In this document: piece by piece, positions 26,429 through 38,366 of the stretch | Numbering within the stretch: the stretch's first letter is position 1 | How the letters are laid out: the number at the start of each line of letters is the position of its first letter | Origin: Octopus sinensis | Lineage: Eukaryota | Reading direction: 5' to 3' | Length of the DNA: 64,000 nt | Assembly: GCF_006345805.1 (NCBI RefSeq) | Contig: NC_043009.1 | Location: 7,378,001 to 7,442,000 of the forward strand | Translations under genes and position numbers: made by a program | The notes under the pieces: model-generated | What the model was told of the DNA's origin: nothing | What the model saw: the letters and a program-made list of their open reading frames with translations, nothing else | Databases searched by the model: none

Positions 26429-27109
26429 TATATACCTATAATATATTATATATATATTATATATATATATATATAAAAGAGAGGAAGAGATAGGAGAAAG
26501 AGGCAGAGAGGGAGGGAGAGGAAGAGAAGGAGAGAGAGTGAGAGAGGGAGGAGAGGGAAGGAGAGAGAGGGAGAGAGGAGAGGGAGAGAGGGAGGGAGAG
26601 AGAGACTTAAGAAGTTTCTTAAGCAACTAATATTTTCGTTATGTGATTATATAGCTCAAAAAGGCGCCATTGTGTAAACAGAACGGGATGTTAATTACTT
26701 AAAGAAGATAATTCAAGGGAGGAAAGGGGGAAGGGGAAAGGTGAAGCGATAAGAAAGTGTAGCATAAATAATATCAGATATAATGTTGTTTGTATATTAC
26801 TTGTTCTCACACACTCACGCATACAGACGGCACTGCGTAACATAAAGTTAGACAGGCCTGCCAATGCACAATAAACTTGTACAGAAACATAAATAACAGT
26901 TATACGTATATGCCATCGCTCCCCGACACACACATGCTTGCTTACATGCGCACGCACGCACAAACAGTAAATATATATACACTTACATACACATGCACAT
27001 ATACACATACGCAAGCGTGCATATATATATAAATACTTACACATGCACATATACATATGTGCATGCACGTATGTATATATACGTATATATACATATATAT
27101 ATTAATATC

Positions 27110-27187
<78 letters not shown>

Positions 27188-27699
27188 TATATATATATAC
27201 CAGAGTACACACAAAATGCGAAACAAGGTGGGAAAGAACACTTATCGAATACCAGAGGTAGAGTAATATGTTTTATAAAAATGAGCAGAAATATCACAAG
27301 AGCTGTTGCACAGAGTTTCACGTGAAAAACTCTGAGTACAAGTTTTATATTTCTGCAGATTTTTAATAAAGTATATATATATATATATATATAATATATA
27401 TATATAATATAGTATATATATATATATTACACCATATATACACACAAGTATACATACTAATAGAAATACATTCACATCAAACATAAACGGACATATACAT
27501 CAGCATAAATAAACACAAATATATGTATACATACACGCTTCAGGTTCGTACAAATATGCACACACACACTCATGATGCATATATATACATATATATATAT
27601 ACACACACACGCACGCACACACATACACACACATACATATATATATGTATGTATGTATTATGTGTTATCGTGTTCTGTTGTTAAAATCAAGATACGTGA

Positions 27700-28012
27700 A
27701 TCATACGAAGTCATATGAAGATCGAGATGCCCACGTGGGTAATAATCTTCAACTCCAAACGCCTCTTCCGTCTGGTGTCATATGTCTAGACGTAAAGGAC
27801 ATATGTAATTCACTAAATATTCCAGCAGAATCATATTCCAAAGAGCAAATATGTAGAAGAATCTTGAATATCTGTCTCTTGTGTTTAAAACCCTGTCAAC
27901 CAGCAGATGGTCTTAAAAGTCACCTGAGTGCTCATCATCGGAGGGATCGTGTTGTAAGATGGCGTGTAGTGAGTGTGCTGAAGCAACGGCTATCATCTGT
28001 CAAGATGAAGCA

Positions 28013-28015
<3 letters not shown>
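27700..28015 (+). mobile_element. probable RTE-type LINE 3' end with C2H2 zinc finger
   Basis: KDICNSLNIPAES resembles the RTE KD..K...I...W block; CLLCLKPCQPADGLKSHLSAH fits C-x2-C-x12-H-x3-H. Confidence 0.45.
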
Positions 28016-28040
<25 letters not shown>

Positions 28041-28047
<7 letters not shown>

Positions 28048-28366
28048 CAATGAAGTTCCAACTTGGTCTGATTTTCAAAATTTGTAATTATTTTTACAAT
28101 TTTACAATTTACAATTTCACAATATTGAAAAGAAATGAACTAGTACTTTCATGCTTTGCGCATTCATCAGGTTCATGTAGTGACAGCTGTGTTCCATAAT
28201 TGAGACATTGTCAATTGTGGAACACAGCTGTCACTACATATACCTGAGGACTGCGTAACGTATGAAAGTACTAGTTTATTTCAATATTGTCAAATTGAAA
28301 ATTGTAAAATTGTAAACATTGCAAATAATAATATATGAAAATCAGTTGTCATTTCATTGGTTAATA
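28041..28366. repeat. about 325-bp foldback palindrome flanked by (TA)n
   Basis: Inner arms TGTAGTGACAGCTGTGTTCCATAATTG / CAATTGTGGAACACAGCTGTCACTACA are almost perfect; centre near 28208. Confidence 0.95.
28135..28176 (-). ncRNA. minimal type-I hammerhead ribozyme motif (canonical core)
   Basis: ATGAAC-CTGATGA-ATGC(GCAAA)GCAT-GAAA-GTAC-TA|GTTCAT: 6-bp stem I, 4-bp stem II, palindromic AGTACT stem III; degenerate partner at 28237-28278 (+). Confidence 0.8.
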
Positions 28367-28526
28367 TATATATTTTTTTATATATAATCATACAAATTCT
28401 TATACATGTATACACAGACGCACGTTCACACGCACACACACACACAGAATAGTTATGCATTGATTGGAGTACATAAGATTAAATTTTTTTGAGAAAAGCC
28501 TGACATGGCGGACTGTAAGCCGTTAC

Positions 28527-28623
28527 CTGTATCATGACGATTCGCGCCGGTTATCAAAATGGACTGCTGGTGCAAGACGTTTACCATCCTTTTATACAAA
28601 CTCTCAAATTTATCCCAACCATC
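28527..28623 (-). other. candidate orphan coding exon (DGWDKFESLYKRMVNVLHQQSILITGANRHDT-G)
   Basis: Acceptor TTATTTCTCATACAG, donor CAG|GTAACG, only one open frame, 97 nt; protein not recognised. Confidence 0.35.
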
Positions 28624-29216
28624 CTGTATGAGAAATAATATTCCAACCACATATACTAATGGTACATTGAAGAACATCCGCTAAAATCAGGTACCAGTGC
28701 AGCAGTTTAGTAAAATACGACCTTCCTTCTCCTGCAGAACCTTTCTCGTTAAAACATGCACGAAAATATATTTACTAAAACCATTTTTTATGTGAAAACT
28801 TTTTTCTGCACAAAAAATTATCAATAAAATGTGTTTCTCTCTGTTATTTGTGGGAAACATGTGAAACTATACGCAAATATATTTACAGTAAGACTATTAT
28901 ACGAAAACATAATTTTGTATCTTTATTTTTATATGTAAATATATCACAGAAATATTTATCAGCTATGTTAAAAAATAAAAATTGTCCAATATTCAAAGAT
29001 ACGTACACAGTAACAAAATTGTATTCACACTTCAGGGAAAGAAAAATGTGTGGACATATTTTAATATTGAATTAATTCAGACATTATACTATCAATACAA
29101 ATTATCTTTAACCTGTTTTTGTTTCTTTTATGTGGACAAAGCAGTCAGTTTACCTAGGGAGGAGAAAATTGTTCAATGTCTGATGTGAAATGTCATTAAA
29201 GGATATAAAAGAACTA

Positions 29217-29781
29217 TTGGGTTGTACGGAAAGTTTGCGCCGATTTTTAAAGGAAAGAAAAAGGTCAATAAATACTTGCCATTACATTTTTAATCAACCA
29301 AATATGAACCATTTTGTTGCACATTGCATCTCCATCTTTCCTTTAACTTGAAAATACCCTCTTCCCAGAATCGAGGTGGTTTCATGGCAAAGAATTCATC
29401 AAGGTATCTTTTTACGTCATTCAAGGAATCGAAATTTTTACCATTAAGACTATTCTGCAGAGACCTGAATAAGTGGAAATCCGAAGGAACAATATCTGGT
29501 GAATATGGAGGGTGGGGTAACACATCCCAGCCGAGCTGCAGCAAATCTTGTCTTGTTCCCAAAGCATCAAGTGACGAAAATGAACTTTCTTATCTTCCAT
29601 TTTAAAGGGTTACAAAATTAACACAGGTTATAGGAACATAAACCTCCCTCCACGAAAAGATAGCTTAAACTGTGCTCTAATAAGAGGTGTAGTCAAATCC
29701 TATTTTATGGACTAACCATGTTCTAAAATAAATCGAAAGGTAAGGTACTATAAATCGGCACAAACTTTCCGGACAACCCAA
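29217..29781 (-). mobile_element. mariner (DD34D-type) internally deleted copy
   Basis: About 30-bp TIRs TTGGGTTGTACGGAAAGTTTGCGCCGATTT / AAATCGGCACAAACTTTCCGGACAACCCAA, TA on both sides; ORF 29290-29562 LGWDVLPHPPYSPDIVPSDFHLFRSLQN. Confidence 0.95.
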
Positions 29782-29867
29782 TATTTTTGTTTGAAGGCAT
29801 GTTAATGGTCAAGCGTACCTAAAAATGCTACGCATATCCATTTTACCTGGTATAAATACATTTTGCA

Positions 29868-30170
29868 CAAGACGGCACCGCCACACTATTACTGAGACGA
29901 GCGAGCTTACCTAGATGAGAATTTACAAGGGCACTAGATAACACGAAGGGGTGAAGTTGATTTCCTCTTACGTCCTCCTGATTCAACACCTACAGACTTT
30001 TAATTATGGAGCACCCTAAAGTATGTCTGGCAACACTAGCGGCTCTTCGGGAGGAAACCGAAATGGAATGTGCCGCCATCTCACTGGACACTTTAGCCAG
30101 CATTGCCCAAGCAGCAGCTCATCGACCTAATGCCTGGAAGCTTTTGACTACCACTTTCAGCACCTTATGA
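29868..30170 (+). mobile_element. Tc1/mariner DD41D (rosa-like) transposase remnant
   Basis: QDG.PPHY...RAYLDENL.G.*I.RRG.VDF..RPPDSTPTDF*LWSTLK...HFQHL; about 41 residues between the Asps after frameshift repair. Confidence 0.75.
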
Positions 30171-30354
30171 AATCGGAAAGGTTAAATGTGATTTGTATCA
30201 ATCTTGTGATGTCAGGAAAAGTTTAGCATTAAAAAATTTTGATACGTTTTCTTATATACGTATATAGACGTATATATATATATACGTCAATTGTATATAC
30301 ATATTTTACACACACACACACACACACCCACACACCACATATATATATATTATA

Positions 30355-30385
<31 letters not shown>

Positions 30386-30386
30386 G

Positions 30387-30428
<42 letters not shown>

Positions 30429-30560
30429 GCATACATACATATATATTTACGCACAGAAGCACATATATATTATATATATATATGAAATACGTATGTATAT
30501 ATACGCACACACACATTTAGCACATTTTCAACTCTTTTATGATATATATGTTGCGTGTGC

Positions 30561-30705
<145 letters not shown>

Positions 30706-32094
30706 TCACGAACTATGTATATATACAGAAATATCACATATGAGTGTCTGTACGTGTGTAAGACAGAGGGCAGAAGAGAAATAAATGTGTTCGCAATGAA
30801 TTTCATAAAGATTCCGTTCTCATAAAACTTTTATAGTTATAGCTATGAATAAACTGATTTCCATCTTCAAGTTGGAAAAATATGAAGCATATACAGATAT
30901 TGTTTTAAATGTTAGCTTTATGAGTAGGTTGAGAGAGCCGTACAGTATGTGACAAGAGCTAGTAACGTGTAATATAAGGTAGAATATCCGCCAAGGTCGA
31001 TAGCAAATTTACATGATCTTCCCGATAATGGACATTGGGAACGAGCTTAGTGTGTTTAATAAAAAGCTGTGTCTAAGCATTCGTGAAGTTTTGTGGTGAA
31101 GTTATTTTTAAAATCCCCGAAGATATCTCGTACTCTCGCAAAATTAGAGCCAGATCGTATAGTTGACAATCAGATGGGAGAGCTGAGTTACAGTCTATGA
31201 AGAGATGTTGGATTGTTTGAATTCTGGTGAAAGCTTTCCGTACATTTTCATAAATGAAGGGATACTTAGATATGTGGCAACAATATCAAAAGAAAAGGTG
31301 TCAGCGTTGCCGTTTGTTGGATCATCTACACTATAACCAAAAAAGCAAAGTTCGTTTGATTTCCTTAAAAGTAAAGAAGTATATATTCCTTTGGTTATTG
31401 CATCGGCGGCGTTCATCAAGAGTTTGTTCCATTTAGTCAAGCGATAAATAAAATGTTTGCTCGGATATCCTGAGGCGAATGTAAGCGCGATCTGGGTGCT
31501 GTACAACGGCTACTCAATATCTGCAAAACGATTCCTGACTCTCAAAAGTGGATGTAACCAATGTGAAAGTGACCAGTTTCATTAAACTGTAAGAGGAAGA
31601 AAACAAACCTTTTAACAATTTGATACTGTTTAGGGTGGCGTAGGGTTGGCTGTGAGGAAAGACGTTTGCTTCTTAAACACATGGCTCCGGGTTCAGTTCC
31701 ACTGTATGTATGAGTGTGTGTGTATATGTGTGTGTAGGTGCGTGTATGTGTGTGTGTGGGCGTGTGAATGTGTATGTGTTTGTGACTTTTGCTTGCAATA
31801 ACCAGTTCTTTTGGTCAAACTATCGTATCTCCAGATGCTTCAGATGCCAAGACATCAAAATTTGTCAAAGTGTAGTACAACGGTTTTTCTATCGAATGGT
31901 GAGACTATTTTTTCTTTTTCTGAAAAAGCGACGTTTTGGACCCATGACACCTTTGCATAGTAGCAACGATATACATAGCATCGATGGAAAGAAATGTGAT
32001 TCATTGTCAAAGTTTGAAAGATTTTTGTCATAAGTATTATCGATCAGATTTGATCTGTTGTCATACTGCAGCTACAACTTCAGCAGCACGACAG

Positions 32095-32480
32095 TGGGGG
32101 TGCAATGGCCCCGTGGTTAGGGCAGCGGACTCGCGGTCGGAGGATCGCGGTTTCGAATACCAGACCGGGCGATGTGTGTGTTTATTGAGCGAAAACACCA
32201 AAAAGCTCCACGAGGCTCCGGCAGGGGGTGGTGGCGACCCCTGTTGTGCTCTTTCGCCCCAACTTTCTCTCCCCCTTTCTTCCTGTTTCTTGTCCCCGAC
32301 TTCCTACGCAACCGCTGAGCCTGGATGCGCATTCATCCATCCGTCGATGCACTTAGTGTCGGGGGTTGACCTGCTTTTTCTTCTGCGGGTCTTACGAATA
32401 GCAAAGGACCACGTGCTGGACTTCTCCCATCTTGCGAGCTCTGGGACGAAGACCGTTCGCTCAACAGCAACAGCAACAGT
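32095..32480 (+). mobile_element. SINE family B, full length, tail variant 1, with 10-bp TSD
   Basis: TSD AGCACGACAG at 32085-32094 and 32481-32490; tRNA head and (CAA/CAGCAA)n tail. Confidence 0.95.
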
Positions 32481-32819
32481 AGCACGACAGATCTTATCCG
32501 CCTTTATAAAAGATCATACTGAAGTCAGCGAGGGTTTCGCTTCTACAATAAATGCAATAAATTGACACAACCAATCCACGTTAGAAATAGACATGGGTAA
32601 ACTTTTTTCGAGAACTGGAGTGTATAAGACATAGCGGTACTACTAAAAAATTCCAAGCAAAGACTTCGTTGGCATGCCATTCAGAAACTCCCTTTGGCCG
32701 CAGTTTGTCTGAAAGATTGTCCAAAAACGACTGACACGTTTCCTGGTTTTTTTCCTGCAACATAGTAAAAAACACATATGATCATATATTATCTCTATTA
32801 AGTTTGACCTGTGGTTAAA

Positions 32820-33185
32820 TAAATATTTTTTTTAACTGGCATTTCGTCGATTACGACGACGAAGCTGCCATTTGATCCAATCAACGGAACAACTGGAAAA
32901 TTTAACGTGCAAGTGGTTCGTGAACTTTTACGCAATTGGCTGAGCACCCCACAGACACGAGTACTCTGCAAGTACTTCTCTGGGATATTCAACGTGACAC
33001 AGAATGTGATAAGAACGGCCCTTTCAATTACTGTTACACCACATTTTTGCTAGGAGAGTGAACTGAAGCAAAATGAGAAAGAAAAGCGTCGTACTCAAAT
33101 ACACAACGTACAGCCGGATATTGAACTCACAATCCCAAGCTTACAATCGTGAGCCGAATACCCTAACTACTTAGCCACGGCGCCT
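32820..33185 (-). mobile_element. SINE family D
   Basis: Reverse complement aligns to 8074-8390, including the tRNA head at about 33120-33185. Confidence 0.8.
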
Positions 33186-33673
33186 TCGCTCTGATAAAAT
33201 AACGATTACTGCAACAGCAACGTTTACAACAACAACAACAACTGTAAAATAACCAACACAAAAAGCTAGTTCAACTATGAAGAATTCTAAATGTGTGCAT
33301 ACTAAGTGAGTGGAACTTTCTAGAAAATCACGCTTAATAAATCAAAGAGCCAATTCCTTTTCTTAATACATTTCATGTTTTATTAATATTTATCTTCCTA
33401 TTTACGTATTATTGGGTTGTTTATGTATGTATTTTTGTAATGTTTGTCCATTTATTTACTTTCTTCAATCGCTTTTTAATGCACTTATGACTTTCCATAA
33501 TTTTCATAGATGAAGTCTATGATGAATCTATTTATATGTGGTTACTTGAAGCTGATCGATTATCAGTGTGCAATATTGGTTTATCTGTGAGTGTACATGT
33601 AAACGAGCTTGTGTGTGTGTATACATACATACATACATACATACATACGTACATACATACATACATACATACA

Positions 33674-33707
<34 letters not shown>

Positions 33708-33745
33708 CATACATACATACATACATATATACATGCATATATACA

Positions 33746-33928
33746 ATATTTAGCAGAAGTTATAGAGTGACTCAAGTTCCGAGAGTTTCGTGTGTTGGCA
33801 CTTGTCAAACTAGTCACAGGTCGAACACTTGTGGGTTTATATAAGGCCTTTGACCTATGACTAGTTTGATAATTGTCAACGCACGAAACTCTTGGGCCTT
33901 CAGTCACTCTGTTACCGCTGCTGAATAT
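33746..33928. repeat. about 180-bp foldback palindrome with an HHR-like motif in each arm
   Basis: GAGTGACT...CAAACTAGTCACAGGTC / GACCTATGACTAGTTTG...AGTCACTC; HHR-like at 33764-33816 (-) and 33861-33910 (+). Confidence 0.9.
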
Positions 33929-34029
33929 TAATAAAATTATACATATGCTTATATCTTGAGTTCTACTTTTTCCTGTTTGCCTCAACATGTTTATATATTA
34001 CAGTGGCTACACATATAATAGAAAATAAA

Positions 34030-34291
34030 ACTAGCCTGAATAGAAAACTAGAATGGAGCACTAACACACACCACAACATATGACGATAGAGGATCCCAAA
34101 AACATAATAAATACACAGATAAATAAACAAATAGAAATGAATAACTATATATATGTATATGTATCTATGTATATATGTATGTATGTGTATGTATATGTAT
34201 GTATATATATATATATGTATATATATATATGTATGTGTATAAGTATCTATGTATATATGTATGTATATGTATGTATATATGTGTATATATG

Positions 34292-34322
<31 letters not shown>

Positions 34323-34890
34323 ATGTATATGTGTATATGTATGTGTATATATATATATTTTTTCGATTAGATTTTCTTTTTTTTCTTTTTCTTTTCTTTT
34401 TTTTTCTTTTTTTTTCGATTAGATTTATTTTTATTATTACTAATATTGCTGTTATACATACATACAAGCATATGTAATGATAATATTGGGTGGATGTAAA
34501 CACATGAACAAAATTAGAACAAAAGCAACAACAACAAAAACAAAATATAAATTACAGGAATGTATATAAACAGAAGATACAAATATTACAGGCATCCCCC
34601 CCACACACACACTAAATAACATAGACGCACATAGAGATATAAGCATGCGCAAATGAAGACATACAATAGAAATACAAAATGGCTGACGTTGTTAGGAAGA
34701 GACACAAATACGAAAGAAGAAAACAAAGGACCACTGATGCGCTCACAGGAGTGTGACGAAAGAACTCTGGCCGAAATAAGATTAAGATTAATGTAAAAAT
34801 AAATATCACTGAAGCAAAATAACATCAAATATATAGTGCGTGTGTTTTTATTGGCTAAACTGGCAATATGACCATTCCGAAATATAACAA
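34030..34890 (+). mobile_element. PLE-terminal-repeat-like repeat (copy 2 of 1741-2400) with an internal microsatellite expansion
   Basis: Colinear with 1741-2400; HHR-like motif at 34731-34770. Confidence 0.75.
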
Positions 34891-34923
34891 TATAACAATA
34901 TATATATATATATATATATATAT

Positions 34924-34997
<74 letters not shown>

Positions 34998-35006
34998 CAT
35001 ATAATA

Positions 35007-35072
<66 letters not shown>

Positions 35073-35105
35073 ATATAAATATATATTATTTACATATATT
35101 ATACC

Positions 35106-35136
<31 letters not shown>

Positions 35137-35406
35137 GATTCAGGTTGAAATGGTACTGAAGTTAAAGGCACCAGAATTTGGTATGGTATTATCCATATAA
35201 ATCAAATGGGGTGATTATAATCAATAAGCAATGTTGGCAAATGAAATAAGTATAAAAATGTACATTGTCCATTTAATTAAAAAATTCTATATGTGGCTGA
35301 AGATTACTCGACATTTTAAAACTGATGTAATACTTACAGTGTTTATGAAATGGAGCAGCATGAACCGATTGTACAACACAACCTTGGCTATCCTCGTTGT
35401 TTATTT

Positions 35407-35475
<69 letters not shown>

Positions 35476-35804
35476 CTTGCTACACACACGCACGTGAGCG
35501 CGCGCACGTATATATGAAATTAATGTCGAGAGACGAAAATAATGAGTGTTCAACACCGCATAGGAGGATATAATTTCTTTCTTTGTGGATTCGGGTTACC
35601 TTTGGTTTCATGTTAAATAAAGTAGGAAAATGTCCGAGAGTCTAAACAATTGTTTTAAGCCGTTCACATGAAAAAAGGAGTTCGCCTCCATTTTTGAAAA
35701 CACGCCCTCGTTTATTTCGGGGAGATTCTCGTGAATTCACGTGAATAAAACAATGAATCAAGGGACGTTACTCTTGAGTGGTGTATATTATATATATATA
35801 TATA

Positions 35805-36000
35805 AAGTTAATCCAAACAAGAAAGCACAAAAAAACACAACAACGTGAGGACGTGGAACAAATATATTATTATTGGACGCTCAGGAAAGAAGGAGGGTTT
35901 AACGTTTCGAGCGGAGCTCTTCGTCGGAAACATAATAGAAGGAAAGATCCTGAGACGGGAAGACATAGGGAAAAATCGCCAACGGTACACACGCGGTCAC
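35805..36000 (-). mobile_element. short PLE-terminal-repeat-like element with HHR-like motif
   Basis: Minus strand GTTT-CCGACGA-A-GAGC(TCC)GCTC-GAAA-C-GTT|AAAC at 35897-35931; related to 43570-43750 and 37799-37834. Confidence 0.7.
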
Positions 36001-36306
36001 ATTTTGAATCAATAATTTAGATACTCTTATCTTTTACTTCACCGTTCGAATCTCTTCAGGTTCCAGATTGCATTTGCTTCATCCGTATTCGAGTGTTCGA
36101 CCAAAAACTAAATTAATATTTATTCCTACATCTTTAAATGATGCCGTTTAGCGAAGGCTGCAAGATGAATGGTGATCTAGTCATTTGAATCGATCGGCAT
36201 ATATCATAATTTCTTCAATTCTTTACTTCTTTACATTCCAAGTATCTTCCTACGTATTTACAGTATTTATATTCGACTGATATTTGTCCTCATCTTGTTT
36301 GTTGTT

Positions 36307-36352
36307 AACACAACGTTTCGACTGATATACCTTCCAGCCTTCATCAGGTGTC
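36307..36352 (-). ncRNA. minimal type-I hammerhead ribozyme motif (canonical core)
   Basis: GACAC-CTGATGA-A-GGCTGG(AAGGTATA)TCAGTC-GAAA-C-GTT|GTGTT: stems I and II fully paired (with G.U); palindromic AACGTT stem III. Confidence 0.8.
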
Positions 36353-36404
36353 TTGGGAAAATTTCGAAACTGGGTTCTCATTCCTAAGGTATTTTTCGAT
36401 ATTA

Positions 36405-36435
<31 letters not shown>

Positions 36436-37144
36436 CATTATTATTATTATTATTATTATTATCATCATTCAGGTTACTGCCTGGAATCGAACTTGTAATC
36501 TTGGGGTTAGTAGCCCGCGCTCTTAATCCCTATGCCATATGCCAGTAAATATAGAACTGTATTATCTTCCTACAAGTATTCAACTAAGAAAGGACATAAA
36601 AATCGCATAAATAGTTTTTGAGTTCGACCCCAGCGCTCTACTGATATTTATATTATCGACATCGATTCGATTAAAAGCAATATCCACTTCGGCGGAATTT
36701 GAACTCAGAACGTAAAACGCCGCAATGAATATCACAAACCGTATTATTTTCTTCGACACTAACGATTGAGCCAATTCCATAGTCGTCGTCGTTGTCGCCG
36801 TCGTCCTTGTAGTAGTAGTAGTAGTAGTAGTAGTAGTAATAATTATATAAATAAATAAAATTTACCATAGTAATACAAAATAACATAAGAAACACGATAT
36901 TCATGTGTTATCATCCGATTGCAGTCTTTTGCAAAAGATGGAGGCCTAAAGTTGACATAACTGACAGCTAAAGTGACTATAAAATTATAGTTCCGATAGC
37001 TAGCTGACATATTGTGTTGTAGTCTAGTAATTGGTCTAATTAAGTAGAATACTTAGTGATCGAGAAATGCAAAATTTTCATCGAGTAGCAGTCACAAGAA
37101 CACAAGAAAGACGATGCGAAGACGGTCGTATCACTTCTAATACT

Positions 37145-37219
<75 letters not shown>

Positions 37220-37422
37220 ATAAATATGTGTGCTTGTGTGTGTGTGTGTGGGCTGTAAATTTGTGTGAATGTACGTGTGTCTAGGCATGTATTTATGTAC
37301 TGTTTATATAGTTATATAAATATATAGATAAGTTGTATAGTAAATATATGGATATATATGCATCTAAATATGTATAAATGCGTGTATATATAAATATGTG
37401 TTAGGATGTGTGTATACGTATG

Positions 37423-37454
<32 letters not shown>

Positions 37455-37456
<2 letters not shown>

Positions 37457-37616
37457 GGCGTAGGCGTGACTGTGAGGTAACAAGTTTGTTTCCCAATCAC
37501 ATGGTTCCGTGTTCAGTCCCACTGCGGGCCATCCTGGGCATTTTTCTTCTACTACTTCCTCGGGCCGATCAACGCTTTGAGATTTCCTAGACAGAAACTG
37601 AAAAACGCCCGTCGAA
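37455..37616 (+). mobile_element. SINE family A head only
   Basis: AGGCGTAGGCGTGACTGTGAGGTAA...GTTCAGTCCCACTGCG...GAAACTGAAAAACGCCCGTCG. Confidence 0.8.
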
Positions 37617-38021
37617 TATATATATATATTTGTGTGTGTGTGTTTGTGTGTGTTGTGTGTGTGTGTGTGTGTGTTGTGTGTGTGCGTGTGTGCTGTGAAT
37701 TCAAATACACAATTAGTTCAAATAATTGAATAAAATTAACGAACACTATATATACACAACAAATATATGTATTAGCTTAACGACCGGTGAAGTAAGAGTG
37801 TTTAACGTTTCGAGCATAGCTCTCCGTCGGAAAGGAGAAAGGGGAAAAAAGTCCAAAGAAGGAAAATGAGGCGTTACTGTGTAGTTAGAATCTGCTTTCA
37901 GTCACATGGTTTCAGGTTCGGTCCCACGGAACCTTAGCCAGTTCTATTCCTGCTAGAGGCAGAAACGGAAAGAATGTAGTTCAGCATTTCTGTGTGTATT
38001 CAAGACAATCATTATGTGTGC

Positions 38022-38053
<32 letters not shown>

Positions 38054-38060
<7 letters not shown>

Positions 38061-38349
38061 GAAGGTTTGAAAATGCAATTTTAAAAGATGTTTATTTACT
38101 TGACCGGTTTCACTTTTTTAAAAAAGATTGTCAAAAGTAACATGTAAAAGCTTTGTTGTGTTAGGTACTGGTTGTCACAAAATATTACAATACATCAAAG
38201 AATGTATATATATTGTAATATTTTGTGACAACCAGTACCTAACACAACAAAGCTTTTACATGTTACTTTGACAATCTTTTTCTAAAAAAGTAAAACCGGT
38301 CAATAAATAAACATCCTTTAATATTGCATTTTCAAACTTTCTTTCATGT
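38054..38349. repeat. about 295-bp foldback palindrome flanked by (TA)n, HHR-like motif in each arm
   Basis: Arms AAAAGCTTTGTTGTGTTAGGTACTGGTTGTCACAAAATATTACAATA / TATTGTAATATTTTGTGACAACCAGTACCTAACACAACAAAGCTTTT are perfect in the inner part. Confidence 0.95.
38096..38140 (-). ncRNA. hammerhead-like motif with U3-A8 core
   Basis: TTACTT-TTGACAA-T-CTTTTT/AAAAAG-T-GAAA-CCG-GTC|AAGTAA: perfect 6-bp stem I, GUC triplet, palindromic ACCGGT. Confidence 0.65.
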
Positions 38350-38366
38350 ATATATATATATATATA

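Noticed and set aside
31984-32565. 193-aa ORF
   Set aside because: It spans a family B SINE with TSDs, and the same peptide appears from other SINE copies
35315-35345. CTGAAGA core near 35297 and downstream sequence
   Set aside because: No stem II/GAAA partner
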